Assembly: GCF_009834535.1 (NCBI RefSeq)
Contig: NC_045697.1
Location: 26,352,001 to 26,416,000, forward strand
Length of the DNA: 64,000 nt
DNA from: Camelus ferus
Lineage: Eukaryota
Direction of reading: 5' to 3'
The notes beneath the pieces are model-generated. The model searched no databases and was not told the DNA's origin. It worked only from the letters and a program-made list of their open reading frames with translations. Shown here in pieces: positions 13,060 through 26,336 of the stretch (its first letter is position 1; the number at the start of each line of letters is the position of its first letter). Made by a program: the position numbers and the translations under genes.

Positions 13060-13490
13060 TCAATATGATCACCTCCCTTTGGAAAGAGCCTTCCTCCATC
13101 TCATCAGTGAGGTCCTATAAGGCTGCCATGTTCTTATATGACCCCAATTTTGGCCACAGATTAGTGGTTCAGAACTCGTTGCATGATCCAAACTAGACAA
13201 ATCGGTAAAATTCCTAGTATTCTGAGATTTAAAAATTGTGGACTAAAATAATCAATTTTTCCACTATGGCCAAAGGTATGAAACTGAGGAGCTGTTTTGG
13301 GTTTATCTTTTCAACCATGAAGAGAGAAACATTTGTCTGAGAGAACAGACACCACAAAGAGAAACAATGATGAAAGGAAGCAAGTTCTAATGGCACTCAT
13401 GTCTCTGTTACAAGTATTTCTGATAAATTTCTCTTACTACTTAAGATGGTTCAGGTTGGTTTTCTGTCACTTACAAAATGTACTAACACA
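13060..13490 (+). mobile_element. MLT1 (MaLR) LTR
   Basis: 3' end 'cttaagatggttcaggttggttttctgtcacttacaaaatgtactaacaca'. Confidence 0.7.
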
Positions 13491-13839
13491 CAATTAAATG
13501 TCACTAAGTGACATTAAAAGTCCTGATACTTTGTCCTTACAGTTTTTTAGTTTCTTTACTCTCTGTCAATTTAACCTCTTTTAGCTCCTTCCTGTTTAGT
13601 TGAGAAGCCAATTAACCAATTCCCTTATAATTGTATCTAAACTAAGGTTTAACTGCATCTAAACTAAGATTTCTAATTACATCTAAATTAAGTTTAGAAG
13701 TACTTCGTGATGGTGTGGACAGTTCTCTTTTAATTAGAGTGTCTGAGCATTACTGCTTGCGTCTTGTGACAGCTGTTCCAATAGCCAGAGGACTTGTTGC
13801 TTTCTTCTACAGGGCAAACTTCATGTATGTTAGGTTTGT

Positions 13840-13957
13840 TAGAGCAATCAATTGTCCTGGTTTTCCTGGGACCAAATGGCCTCCCAGGATGCTGGACTTT
13901 CAGTGCTAAAATTGAAAGAAAAAGTCCCAGGCAACCTGGAACAACTTGGTCATACTG
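13840..13957. mobile_element. MER81-like hAT-Blackjack MITE
   Basis: 'tgtcctggttttcctgggac...ggactttcagtgctaaaa...aaagtcccaggcaacctggaacaacttggtcatac' with degenerate terminal inverted repeats. Confidence 0.75.
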
Positions 13958-13989
13958 GTTTTAGAAGTGGCCTTGTGAAAATGTGAGGC

Positions 13990-14245
13990 ATCATTGTACA
14001 GCTGAGTAAGTGCTTAGGCTCTGGAGTTCTGGGTGAAAATCCTGGCTCTGCTGTTTATTGCATCATCTGTAACAAATTATTTAACCTATTTATATGTCAG
14101 ATTTCTCCATGTAAAATGGGGATAATAATGGTATTTTCTTATTAGTTATAATTTGTGCATTGCTAATATATGTAGCCCTGAATATAATGCCTTGAACATA
14201 GTAAGGACTCCAATTTAGCTGCCATTGCTACTGTTGTTATTATTG
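13990..14245 (+). mobile_element. MIR SINE
   Basis: 'ggctctggag...atcctggctctgc...tgtaaaatggggataataatggta'. Confidence 0.85.
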
Positions 14246-14637
14246 AGTTTCTAGTTCCTATAGCTAAATTGATGGCATACATTTTAAAGGAAATTTCATA
14301 CTGGACTCCCCACAAGGCTTGAGTAGAACATATGTCCTAAAATACTCTAAGCCTTTTTGTACTATGCAGATTTTAGTACCTCCATTATCTGCACACGGTC
14401 AGACAGCTTTTCTTCTTTTTAAGTTTCATGTTCCCTAACTTCACTATATCATTAGAGACTTCTCTGTGTTTAATTTATAAAACAGAACACTTCATTTGTC
14501 CTATAAAGTTTCCCACTCTTTTTTTTCCCCTTATGAATAAGCAAAAAGAAATGAGGACAAGGATAAGAAGAGGAGGGGGTGAAAGAAACGGTCACATAGT
14601 CATAAAACGTTATACTAATTAGAAAAGAATTTGGTGT

Positions 14638-15145
14638 CGTTACCAAATCCAAGCTTGTACTGCTCTCCAATACTACAGCTTGAGAGATAAGTTGTTGGGG
14701 CAAGGAATAGCAACTTTATTCAGAAAGCCAGCAGACTGAGATGATAGACAGCATTCCGAAGACCCATCTTGTTCAGGTATGGATGTTAGGTTCTTTTATA
14801 GAGCAAAAGGAGGAGGGGAGGGTGAGGAGATAAAGTAAAAGAGGAGATAAATTGTTACAAATATATCCCGGTTCAGGACTCTGAAGAGGATGTGTTAATT
14901 TCTTCCTTCCTGCAGGCAATCATAGATGGGCCTGGTCAGGACATTTCCTGTGAGCTAAAGAAAAGTATTTTAGCTTAATGCTTGAGCATGGGAGGCAAGG
15001 TTCCTGGAGATGGGCCATTATGAATACTTAAAGATATAGGCAACACCCCTTTAGTGATTAATTTGTAGTAAAAGCAATATAATACAAAGTTTAAAGTGAA
15101 AGAAACAGATCTAATATGGAGTCGGGTTTGCTATTCCCCATTACA
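14638..15145 (-). mobile_element. ERV1-class solo LTR (~508 bp), related to 6916-7334
   Basis: Reverse complement starts tgtaatggggaatagcaaacccgactccatattagatctgtt and shares gaataaagttgctattccttgccccaaca with the first LTR; TSD GTGT/GTAT. Confidence 0.85.
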
Positions 15146-15339
15146 GTATTTGCTCTAAATTTAAATCCAATTGGATTTGCACTGAATCTATATTCAATGG
15201 CATTCTTTTTATTTGTCCTTTTTCTCAAGGGAACTCTTTTTCTAATACCATTTCATAAAACACAGCAGTTTTAAAATATTAAATAGAACATGACAGGGTA
15301 TCTTTTTAAGAGCAGTTAAAAATTGATTTCACACACAAA

Positions 15340-15525
15340 AATAATAATAATAATAGCTTTTACTTTTTATTGGGGGACTTGGTGAGTCCCAATACTAGGT
15401 TAAATGCTTTACGTATGCTGGATCTCATTTTTACTTTTACAACGTTTTATGACTTAAGTACTCTTCTTTGCACAGAAGATTGAAAAGCAGATGAGCCTCA
15501 GCTTAGAGAGAATAAGTAATTTTTG
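15340..15525 (-). mobile_element. MIR SINE (decayed)
   Basis: (AAT)n tail, 'taaatgctttacgtat...atctcattt', 'gcttagagagaataagtaatt'. Confidence 0.6.
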
Positions 15526-15977
15526 AAGTAATATAAATAGAATTTAAATACATTTGTTTTATTTTGCTCAAGTTAAATTGATAATTTTCTTATCTATTAA
15601 TTATGAAACTTTCTGTCATATTCTAGTTCCATGAATCTCCTAATCTTCCAGGGTGTCAATAACTATAATTACTTTTGGACTACATGCAATGGCTCCTATT
15701 TGTGTATTTAGTGTCATCTAGATTTGAATATCAATTTTATTTTGTTTTTTTATGTGTTTGTTTTTTATCAGAGCAGGAGGGTTTCTAAGAAGCTATTCAT
15801 CTGTCAGATACGCTCAGCTTACCTCTTATCACTGATTCTGTTCTGAAATTATATTGTGATTGCAGTAACTGACCCAATATCCTGTGACTCCCAACCTAAG
15901 TCCTTGATAGCCACTCTGATACATCTTTAACAGTATCTATGCTTCTCCCCACTTGGCTTTATCCCTTCAGAAACTAG

Positions 15978-16177
15978 ACCTGGGTCAGAAATCTAAGGCC
16001 AGTAGGTCAAATCTCACTCTACCTGCTTTTGTAAATAAAGTTTTATTGGCACATAACCATGCTATTTGTTTACAGGCTAAATAACAGAGTGGCATAGTTA
16101 CAAAAGACACTCCATGGACCACAAAGCCTAAATTATTTATTATTTGGGCCTTAACATAAAAAGCTTGCTAGACCTTA
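15978..16177 (+). mobile_element. MER58A-like hAT-Charlie MITE
   Basis: 'ttttgtaaataaagttttattggcacataaccatgc...acaaagcctaaattatttattatttgggcc'. Confidence 0.85.
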
Positions 16178-18270
16178 GTCAACTAGACTGTTGAACTCAA
16201 ACCTGTTAGATTCCCTCTGATCTGGTTTTGCATTTGCTATGTCCACACCTAGGATTCTTGCCTGAAGTTGAGAAGCCTTCCTTCTGGCCCTCCACTTCAA
16301 ATGATATGATTAAACCTCCCTTAATTATCTCCTTGATCTGTCTATATTCAATGTCATGGTCATTGCGTCTGGGCCATTGTAATGCCTTATATATGATATG
16401 TTTCAAAGAAGCAAGTTTATCTTATCTTTTACTCATTCATTTGTTCTAATTAGCTCAACAGGGAGGGGAGAGGAAATGTACTAGCATTCCACATATGGGA
16501 CAATGACATCACAGGTGGCTGACTTAGAGAAATTAATTCTTTATTATTATTTCTAGCATGTATTATATTCATGGTTTGTTTATTTCCTTTTTTCAAAATG
16601 GCATTTAGGGAGGGAAAATTACAGAGAAATCTTTTTTAAAAAATTCTGGCATGATCTGACCTTTATTATTTTCTTTAAAGAGTAATAAGAGCTAAATTCT
16701 GAATAAGACTCCAATATACACATCTTTCCATGGAAGGATAGGACTTCATCAAGCAAGGAAGCCATTAGAGGATAATTGTTGTTATATCAACTTAGAGCAT
16801 TTTAAAAATCATAGCCACAGCTATAGAACTCCCAATGAAAATGAGCTAAAATTAAAAATTCTCAGGTCCATAACTGTGGCTCCCTGTTGCTGGGCTACAG
16901 TCCAGATTCCTCCCCAACTGACTGGAGTTTGCATGACTGTTCTTCGAAGCAAATTTTCCCTTGTTTCTTAATCCTAATTGGGCTAGCTGGAGCAGGGCAG
17001 GCTGCTGCTGATTAAGACAACTCCCTGAGAATTTGGAATCAAGCAATGAGCTGTATAACCAAGGTCTGATGCTTATGGCCAGGATGTCTCGGGGACATAG
17101 CTCCTTCTAGAATAAGCAGCAGAAGGCCTGCAAATTCCTAGATAAAGCCTCTGCTTCCATGAATTTCTTATAAATAATAACTTCACTGGCACAGATTATA
17201 AGAAGAACAATGTTCTCACTTGAACTTAGGGAATTTTTTATTCACTGAAAATTAAGAAAATAGGGGAAGTGGCTGCTTTATAATTAAGGATTTATATTCC
17301 ACTGTCATTGTAACCACAGCGGGCATGAACCACATTTTATCTCTGGTTTGATACGGAGCACTCCTTGAAACACCTGAGGCTAAGAGCAGTGCCTCTTGTA
17401 CGTAGGTGATATTCCTCTCCTGGTAGATTCCAATTGCTGGCTTGATCTTCTGATTACCTAAAGCTGTTTCTCATCCATCTGTCATAACAAATAACAAGAT
17501 ATTTAAAAGAATGTCTGACAACCAATGTGAAAAGCTATTTAGTTCTAGTCTAGCTTTTCCAAATGGTAGTACATTGATCAGCCAGGCAGTTTAATGACTC
17601 TGCCATCTTGCATCAGCAGTTATTCTCTAAATTAAGTCATATTCCATATAAAAGCCTGATTGTTATTCAGAGCATGTCCCAGCTACAGCTGTAAGATTCG
17701 ATTAAATCAATATGTTCCTGTGAGGAACAGCTTGTTGGGGGAAGGCAATGTGAAAATGCACAGGGTAACAATAGAAGAAAAAAAATTCAAGGTTTCATTT
17801 TACTAATAAAGTTTCAAGGTGTGTTTTCTTATCCTTGTTAATATCTCTTTTCAAAGACTCTTCCTTTGGAGTCTAAAGTTTTCTTGCCCCAAATGATGTG
17901 TATAAGAGCTCTTTGAAAATGAGAAGATAAAATTCAGGAGATTATTTTAGCTAAAAGCATCAGGTCTTATACATACAAGGTGAGGCATCTGGCTTGGAAT
18001 AGTTGGTAAAGTGATCAAGTACCCTCATTTATCCAATGATACTAATATAGGGCAGAGTTACATCATCGCTGTCCTTGTCTCTGCATTTAAATAGTGGACT
18101 CTGGGTGGCATTCTAATCCTGCCAGGATTATAGACAAATTAGGAAGTAGCACAGAATTGATTTGAAAGACAGACCAAACTCTGTTCAATTCCAGGCCCTC
18201 CTATTTACTATGCGTGTAAACTAAGCCATCACTTAACTCTTTTGTAAAATTACTGTACTTTTGAAGCCAA

Positions 18271-18720
18271 TGTATATGATTGATTGGAGTATTGATCCAA
18301 GTTCTTTACCCTTTGTTATGTGACTCTGTAGCTCCTCCTACCACTGACAGAGTGTATTTCCTGACCCCTTGATTTCTGGCTTAGACATGGAGTGAATGTT
18401 GAACAATGGGAAATGGGTGAAATGGCAAAGTTCTAATCAGGCCTCGACAACAAGAGGCATTGCAGGTTTCAGCTTGCTCTCTTGCCCTCTGCCATTACCA
18501 TGTGAATATGGTTCAGCTGAGCCATTGATCCAAAGAAGACAAGAGACATGAGGAACACTTGCAGATGGACCTTGCTGGTGAGAATCACCTAGGCAAGCCC
18601 AAACTGGATTGGCTGAACCCTTGCTAAACTGCAAAAGCATGAGCAAAATAAATGCTTATTGTTGTGTGTCTCAGAGATCTTGTAGTAATTTGTTAAGGCA
18701 ACATTTGCTAATAAACATAC
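18271..18720 (+). mobile_element. MLT1 (MaLR) solo LTR
   Basis: 'agagtgtatttcctgaccccttga' and 3' end 'aataaatgcttattgttgtgtgtctcagagatcttgtagtaatttgtt'. Confidence 0.8.
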
Positions 18721-18939
18721 TTTGCAATTTATATACTTACTGATTGTACTGTGTAGTGACACTCCTAGTGAAGGAAGGTGAAAAGCACAAACATGGCAGG
18801 ATATAGGCTGACTCTTAAGAAGTTTAAACGTTATTGTGGATACAGACAAATACAGTCACTACAACACTGGAAAAACTTAAGAAATTTACTGTGAAATCAA
18901 GATGGAAAGGTAGTGGTAATGTGGAGGTCACGTAAGACA

Positions 18940-19210
18940 CATTCATTCATCCAACAAATATTTATATAATGCTCATGCTTATTATGTGCTAGGTACTGGC
19001 AAAACAATGGTTTGCAAAACAGATTCATTATCTATTTTCATAGAGCTTATCACCTAGTAAATACAAAGAGGAGGTAATATTTGATCCTGGATAGGAGGGT
19101 GAACTTTTTGCCCCCATTGGCAAAGACAGAGGAAAGACTATTCAAGCACAGTAGATGGCTTGTGTCCAGGAGCACAAAACTGAGTGGAGTGATCTGAGTG
19201 AGAAGGGGAT
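18940..19210 (-). mobile_element. L2 3' fragment
   Basis: 'cattcattcatccaacaaatatttat...tattatgtgctaggtactgg'. Confidence 0.7.
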
Positions 19211-19429
19211 AGGTCTTTGCTTGAATGTACAGTGGAAGATTCAGGTTCTCAGAGCTTACTCATCAAATTCCCAGTCCCCCCAACCCCCACCAAAATGCTC
19301 ACCAAGTATTCTAGATCTCTAAATTTCCCTTTTTTTCTGAAATTTACTGTCATCATTCCATTCAGCCTTCTGCCATTTGTATTTTGTTTCTTAAGTGTTA
19401 ACCTTGTTTCCACAACTAGGTTTTAAAGC

Positions 19430-20850
19430 TTGTAAATATATAGGCACTTACTATGTGCCAAGAACTGGTGGTAAAGCTTACAATAAAGTGCAGTAAGACA
19501 GTAAAGAAACAAAGTCAATGAGTCAATTACATAATATGTTAGATGGTAATAGTTACAATAAAGAAAAATAAAGCAGCACATAGAAATAGGAAAACCTGAA
19601 GCGGCATAATTTAAATAGAGTAGTCACCAAAACCCTCATTAAAATGCTGGTGTTTTCTGAAGAAAGTAAGGAAGCAGGTCAGAAAGATATCTGAGAGGAA
19701 AGTAAGCCAGGCAGAAAACAGCAAGTGCAAAGGAGAGGAGGGATCATATTTCATTGATCAAGACATAGGCATGATGTCATCTCATGGCTGGTGCAGAGAG
19801 AGAAGGAAGTAAGACATTATGTCAGTGAGCAGGAACTAGATTGGGTGGGCACTGTGTTCTCTGGTCTTTACTCTGAGTTAGAAGAGAAACCATTGGAGGC
19901 TTTTGAGCAGGGGAGTTCATGATCTGACTTACATTTTAACAGGCTTCTCTGTTGATAACAGACTAAAGAGACACAAGCATAGTTTGGAGGCCAGTATTTA
20001 TGTGACAAATGAGGGTATCATGGACCAGAGTAGCAGCCACAAAGGGTTGAGAAATGGTCAGTGCTAGGTATATTCTGAAGTAGAGTCCACAGGATTTATA
20101 TCAATGACTGAATGTATGGTGTGAGAAGATAAGAGCAAAGGATCAGTTTGATGTGTCTGGCCCTAGTAACTGGAAATATGAAGTTGCCAATTACTGAGAC
20201 AGAGAAGACTGTGGGATGAGCTACTTTCATGGAGCATATCAGGAATTTAATTTTAGACATATTATGTCTGAGATATTTATCTCTAGGTCCGGATGTAGAG
20301 TCATCAGTCAAATTTATTAGTGTAGAATTCAGGGAAGAGATCTGTGCTCTAGACATAAATTTGGGAGTTGTTGGCATACTAGTAGAATTTAAGACCATGA
20401 GACCAGATGAGATCACCAAATATGTAACTAAAATAAAAAAGAGAAAATGTCTTAGGAGAGAGCCCTGGGAATTCCGTACTTTAGAGGTCAGCGATATTAG
20501 AGTTAACCAACAAAGATGACTAAGAAGGAGCTGACTGTGGAATAAAAGAACAAACTAGTAGAGTGTGGTGTCCTGAAAGCCAAGAATCAGACAAAGATCA
20601 ATTGGGCCAATCAATGTTGCTGTTAGGCCAAAGTGAAACAGGACAACGGCATCAAGGGAGGTGATAGGTATCAGAGAGAAAAAAGCAGCACATAGGAACA
20701 GGAAATTCTGAAGGGGTAAAATGCTTTTACAATAAGATAACAACATGTTTGTAAGTTGATGGGAATATTAATTCAAAGAAAAAATAAGATGTAGGAAAGA
20801 CAACAGACAACTGCCAGGGCTATGTCCTTGAGTAGTCAAAAGAGATTGGT
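19430..20850 (-). mobile_element. L2 LINE, ~1.4 kb including RT remnant
   Basis: Antisense L2 motifs throughout; ORF 20096-20419 ('LRHNMSKIKFLI') resembles the L2 RT KLNMSKTELL motif; decayed YADD-like segment near 20375-20386. Confidence 0.85.
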
Positions 20851-22669
20851 CTTGAGAGTTGGTGCCTATTTCTGTATTTCCATGGCCTACCACAAGTCTA
20901 ACTGGAGTTCAGAATATTTGTTGACAAACTAATTTCTCCCATGGATGAACAAAAAATAAGGACTATCATAAGACTGAGAAAATAATTCTTTGGAAAACAT
21001 TTCATTATTCATTCAGTTTTACTGGCATGACTACTTGTCAGGTATATGAACAAGTATGTTCAATTTCCTTGAAATGTGGAGTTTAAAAACATTATCATAT
21101 TTTCTCAGTATCAGAACACAAACTACCCTGTGGAACATAGTGTAATTCTAGTGAAAATAATGCATCTCTTTAACTAGTTATTCATGATACAATAAATGTC
21201 TAAAGCTAATCACTGTTATGCTGAGGATTGTTATACAAGTCGATGAATATTAATTACTAATTAGTATGCATCTAGATTTCACTGTTCACGTGGAACATGC
21301 ATATAAACGGATAAAATGAAAATGCATCCTAGAAATGGAATTACTATTTTATTACCTAATTTCATCAAACTCTAACCCCACTATGATCCCTGTCTCAAAT
21401 GCAGATTTTTTCTTAAATTTATTCTTATCTGAATGATTAGATTGCAGTGAAAAAGAGTGATGTCTCCTCAAAACAGTAATATTTACCAAGGTAATTATTC
21501 ATACCTACATATTTTCTTGTATTTTCACATTTGGAAAAATGTGGTTTTCCTCTCAATGTCTCAAAATCACTCAAGTCCTTCTGACCCAATTCTAACAGGA
21601 TCTATAAAAACTTTTCAAGAGAAAAAAAAAAAAAACACTACAAAGTATCTCTTATAGGTCTAGAGCACTTTACAACCTTTAAAGTATTTTCAAATTTGTC
21701 CTCTCAGTTGATTGGATCCTTATAACTCTCCTGGGTCTCAGAAGCCAGCCAGAGAAAATCTGAGAGCAGCTGTTAGAGTAGGAGTCAAAGATTTATCAAG
21801 AGTGCCTGCTGGGGTTTATGCATTGGGAAGTGGTGCTGAAGGCATAGGTTTTGTGATAGTTAACTGTGGCTTGCTAAAGCAGCAGCTGTACCAGGAGAAG
21901 TTGGGGTGGGTTGTTGATATGAAATGCTATAGTCAGAGGGGTTCTGGAAAGGGAAAACCAGTGCTGGACCCAGAGAAGTGTGGGTCATGAAAAAAAAAGG
22001 CTTATATTCTGACTCTCCACCTAGAGTTTTACAAGTAGAGGAGTCCTAGAGTTGGTCTTTGAAGTTGCTTCTGATACCCATGATAGGAGGTGACTGCTTT
22101 GTCTTAAAAGGAGGCCCAAAGATGCTAAACTAAGGGGTTATATTATTACTGAGATGTAGCTAACATCAAACACTACTCTATCTCTTTCTACAATTTCCCT
22201 CATGACATTTGAAGATAATTCTATGGTATGTTTTACCAATTCCAATTTTGGAAATTTAAAGAAAAAATTTTTGAATATTGATTAAAGACATCCAGAGATT
22301 TCATCTTTATTCAGTTTTTTTCTTAAAAAAAAAAAAAGGATATGGTCAGAAATAAAAGTAGTTAAATGATGCCTGTGAAGCTCCTATAATTAAAAAAAAA
22401 TTTTTTTCATGAATTTTAACATGTCAGGTTTTCTTCAAATTGTAAAGGAAGAAGACTAGCATGCTGATTGCCCATCATTACTAAAATAGAATAGAGTTTT
22501 TTTTTTTCAAAGTAATATTTGGGTGCTTGCTGATTTGGTTTCTCTCTTTCTCTCTCCTCTCTCCCTCTCTCTCTAACAGGTTTTCTCTCTCTAATGTAAA
22601 TTTAAGAATGATCTTGTGTGGAAATCATCTTGGATACATAATTCAAAAATTTAGTTATTTTGTAATAGT

Positions 22670-22890
22670 ATAGTAATAGGAAATGAAATGAATTTGACTT
22701 AGAGCTGAACTGGCTTTCCAACTCTATCACTTTCTTGCACTGTGATTTGGTCATGTCTGAGCCTTCATTTATTCATCTATTAAGGAGTATAATAATACTT
22801 CCCTGATACTATCCTTCTGAGGTTTAAATTATAATGGTTATACAATTCTTAGCCTGGAAGCAGACACATAATATTCAATAATATGTTGGG
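22670..22890 (+). mobile_element. MIR SINE (decayed)
   Basis: 'tctgagccttcatttattcatctattaaggagtataataatac' MIR core. Confidence 0.6.
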
Positions 22891-23456
22891 GTTTTTTTTT
22901 AAACATCACTAGGTCACAAATCTACCTTTCTCTACAAATAATTTTTGGGCTATAGTAACAGCCCAAGTCACGTTTCCAGACGTCCTCCGTCATATTTCCT
23001 AAGTGATGTAATAACACAAATGTTCTCTGTCCAATCCAAGTAAACTCACTTAATGCCTTGACCTCTACCATTTCTCAGATTTAACAAAACCTACCACCAC
23101 AATGATTTTCCATTATCTCCTTGAAAAACAAAAATAAAACAAAAATGTTCAAGTTACTAAAAGTATCGCTCAGTATTAACCAACTTCCTGTGAAAATCTT
23201 CCCAAAGAAAGCCTAGCAGATTGCAATCACTTAGTGACTCTAACATCTTGTTTGTAACTAAAATGTGTTCATATTTCTGTTTGTCAACTTCTTAGCTATT
23301 TTCATTTAGGGAATGTTCTATTTCATCCTTTAGAAGCTAATTTTATGTCATGTCCCTGCAAGTGTGTAATTTTGTATTCCACACAGCAATTAGCAAATGT
23401 ACTCCCTAAGATGTGTATTATATTTAATAACTAGTCTTACTCAAATGCCACTACTC

Positions 23457-23609
23457 AGTGCTTTCCAAACTTATCAAAAGATAAGAATCATCTGTTGTCC
23501 TGGCTAAAATGCAAATTCCTAGGTCCCCAACCCAACCTGATGAATTTAAATTTCCAGGAAAGAAAGCACCCTAAATGGTACTTCTCATTCAGAATGTTTG
23601 AGAAACTCT
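23457..23609. mobile_element. MER5A-like hAT-Charlie MITE
   Basis: TIRs 'cagtgctttccaaactt' ... 'gtttgagaaactct'; internal 'aaaatgcaaattcctaggtcccc'. Confidence 0.75.
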
Positions 23610-23619
23610 AACTCATTTT

Positions 23620-24020
23620 GAAAAACAGAGCTGAGCTGCTTCCATCAACCCCAGAAGGGCTAGCTGAAGTTACAAGAAGAGAAATAAAAATCTTCCTCTG
23701 AGATGCAGGAAGAAAAAGTGAGAAAGAATATAAGCTCTGATTAATTTGTGTGTGTTGGGGATGTGGTAGGAAGTTGAGAATGCTAATGATTAATGAGCTT
23801 TGGTTTCTCTGGGAGGTAAGAAAGTGCAGCCATCTGCTGAGGCAAGAGGAAGGAAAGCTGTTAGGGGATTGAGGAGCATGATGAAAGCTGGACATATGTA
23901 AGGAGAGGAGGAGAGGAGACAGGTAAGAATCATGGAGAAGAGTTCAGGTGGTAATTGAGTACTCTCTGACATAGGGATACATTTTGGGTATTAAGATAAA
24001 TTTATGTTTATATAGTGGCT
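23620..24020 (-). mobile_element. L2 internal ORF2 fragment
   Basis: 'tttctctgggaggtaagaaagtgcagccatctgctgag' antisense L2 motif; purine-rich. Confidence 0.55.
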
Positions 24021-24078
24021 GTGATGGTACCAAATAACCTAGCTAGGTGGAAAATTTCCTAAAAGAAGGCTAATAGGT

Positions 24079-24582
24079 ATGGTAGGCAGCTTCTTCAATG
24101 ACCTTAGCTCCCTGTTAATTATCCTGTTAATTATTCTCATGTAATTTTCTCCCCTTGTTTGTGAGCTGGACTTATTGATTCACTTTCAATGAATACAACA
24201 TGGCAGAAGTAATGGTTGAGTTATAAAGAGATTGTTATGAAAAGCTTTCAAGTGGGTCTTTCTCTCACTTACTTTTGGATTATTCACGGTATGGGAAACC
24301 AGCTACCAAAGAATCCTTGTAGAGAGGCCAGATGCATAAGATTGGAAACGGTCACCTGTCAACAGCCACATTAATGAGCTTAGAAGTGGATCTTTTGACT
24401 CCCACCAACAATGTCTTTGGTCACAGGAGCCCTGAGATGACTGCAGTTCTGGTCAACAGCTTGACTGCATCCATAGGGACAGATCTTGGGCCAGAGTCAC
24501 TTAGCTAAGCCACACCTGGATTTCTTACCCACAGAAACTGTGGGATAATAGATGTTGCTGCTACACAGCAGGAGATACATAA
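24079..24582 (+). mobile_element. MLT1 (MLT1F-like) solo LTR
   Basis: 'tggtaggcagc', 'gatgactgcagttctggtcaacagcttgactgca', 'agctaagccacacctggatttcttacccacagaaactgtgggataata'. Confidence 0.85.
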
Positions 24583-26234
24583 AGGAGTATATATATAAAG
24601 ACAGAATTAAGCAGAACAAAGAAATTGGCTAGAAATTAAGCCTTGACAATGTAAATGTTTGTAATTATAATTCGATTTCATTAATTTTTAAAACATAAGT
24701 TTGATAATTTTTTCTATTTTTCATTACATTCATAATTCAGTTTCTTATTTATGAGGCATATGGTATATCATTATCCTGATTTTTTTCCTTGGGTGTAGAA
24801 ATTTTGGCCTGCTGTACCCTCAAGTTTAGGTACTAGTGAAAACAAATTGCCAGAAATAAGAGCAGAAGATAAGAGAATAACACATTTTGATATGTTCTAA
24901 ATCTTTAATCATTTATCTATAACAGGAATACTAAGACGATGTAGCACTAGGTAATGTCGGCAATAACACAAATAGGATCTTTAAAACATGTAAATGTATC
25001 AATTCTTAATATTCAGATGATCCCAAACTCCTAAGTATCTAACATAGAAATATTTTCCACTTTATATTTTAGCCAACCAGTTAATTATTTTTCTCAAAAC
25101 TTTTGTTTATGTAATGAGGTTTTTAACAATAACATCTCCATAAAAGGAACAGGCCATATGTCTATATGTTATGGCCAATAAAATTAATATTTATCCTGGA
25201 AATTTAAAGTTAATATATGAAAGAAAATTCAGGAATGATATGACAGATTTATAGCTACAACTCTTCAATCTCTCACTTACCTGATTTATGTAATGCCATT
25301 CTCTGAACCCTGTCTGAACACTAGTAGATTCTCATTCATTACATCAGAAATACTAATTAGATTGGATTGAGGAATGAGAAGTCTTTATAGAATTATAAAC
25401 ATTTATCCTTTAGCTTTTTATATTACCATAATGCTCTTACTTATGCATGCCATGTGCTCATAGATCTTTGGAAATAATTCTTGACACTTGATTTATGAAA
25501 TAATGAACACAGACTTCATAGGGTATATTTTAATAGCACATACATACACGCACACACACACATTATTTTGTATTCAAGAACTATAATTTCTCCTTTACTA
25601 CAAAATAATACAGGAAAATACTCATTTATAATAGCAAATATAAAAAGTGTATTTTTAAAATTAAACTACTAATTGTGTGAGCTACTAGAACTCTGAACAG
25701 CACCAGTTTATTTTCTATATAATAATGGCCAAAGAAAGGGCAGCAAATTCTAAAAATCAAAAACTCAGCATTTTGAGCAACCAGCTAGAACAAGAAGATA
25801 TAAACTTACATTTAAAGGATGCTTTGGTTAATCAGTTAAAGGTGGTAAAAATAAAACAGGATCCTTAATAAATTTTTGTGAAAATTATTAACAAGTGGGA
25901 CAAATTTCTGAATTACATGAGTTTCTTTAGAGGACTGAGCAGGTACATTTGATTTATCAAATATCTACTTGAAGCATATCAGCGTAACTTTTGTTTCAGT
26001 TAGGCATACTATACTCAGTTGCATTACAAAATAGCATACCGAGTCTTGAACACCGTTTCCAAAGATATTTTTACACTGGAATCACATCCTTTTAATTATC
26101 CTACAACATCATTCTAGAATTTTAGATCTTAGCTAAGTTAATTCATCAAATAATTTGAACCAGTTCAATTGACCCTGGCTTCATTTCAGGTGATTTTATT
26201 TTGGAAGAAAGAGATCGTAGTCATACCCATATGT

Positions 26235-26336
26235 GTACACACAGGCCTACACATGCTGTAAACACACAAGCCACACACACACATACACACACACAAGCAC
26301 ACAAGTACACATACACATGCCACATATGCGCACACA
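26235..26336 (+). repeat. Degenerate (CA)n-rich low-complexity tract
   Basis: Directly visible; explains the Cys/Val-rich ORFs at 26186-26431. Confidence 0.85.

Noticed and set aside
13497..13515. Inverted repeat aatgtcact-a-agtgacatt
   Set aside because: 9-bp arms are within chance expectation for a window of this size.
6916..15145. Single provirus bounded by two LTRs
   Set aside because: The LTRs are in opposite orientation with different TSDs, and I see no gag/pol/env sequence between them.
17458..17478. Second 21-nt minus-strand microexon candidate (gacag|ATGGATGAGAAACAGCTTTAG|gtaatc)
   Set aside because: Weaker splice sites and stops in two of three frames; not distinguishable from chance.
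25274..25282. Consensus minus-strand donor CAG|GTAAGT
   Set aside because: No convincing partner acceptor upstream on that strand.
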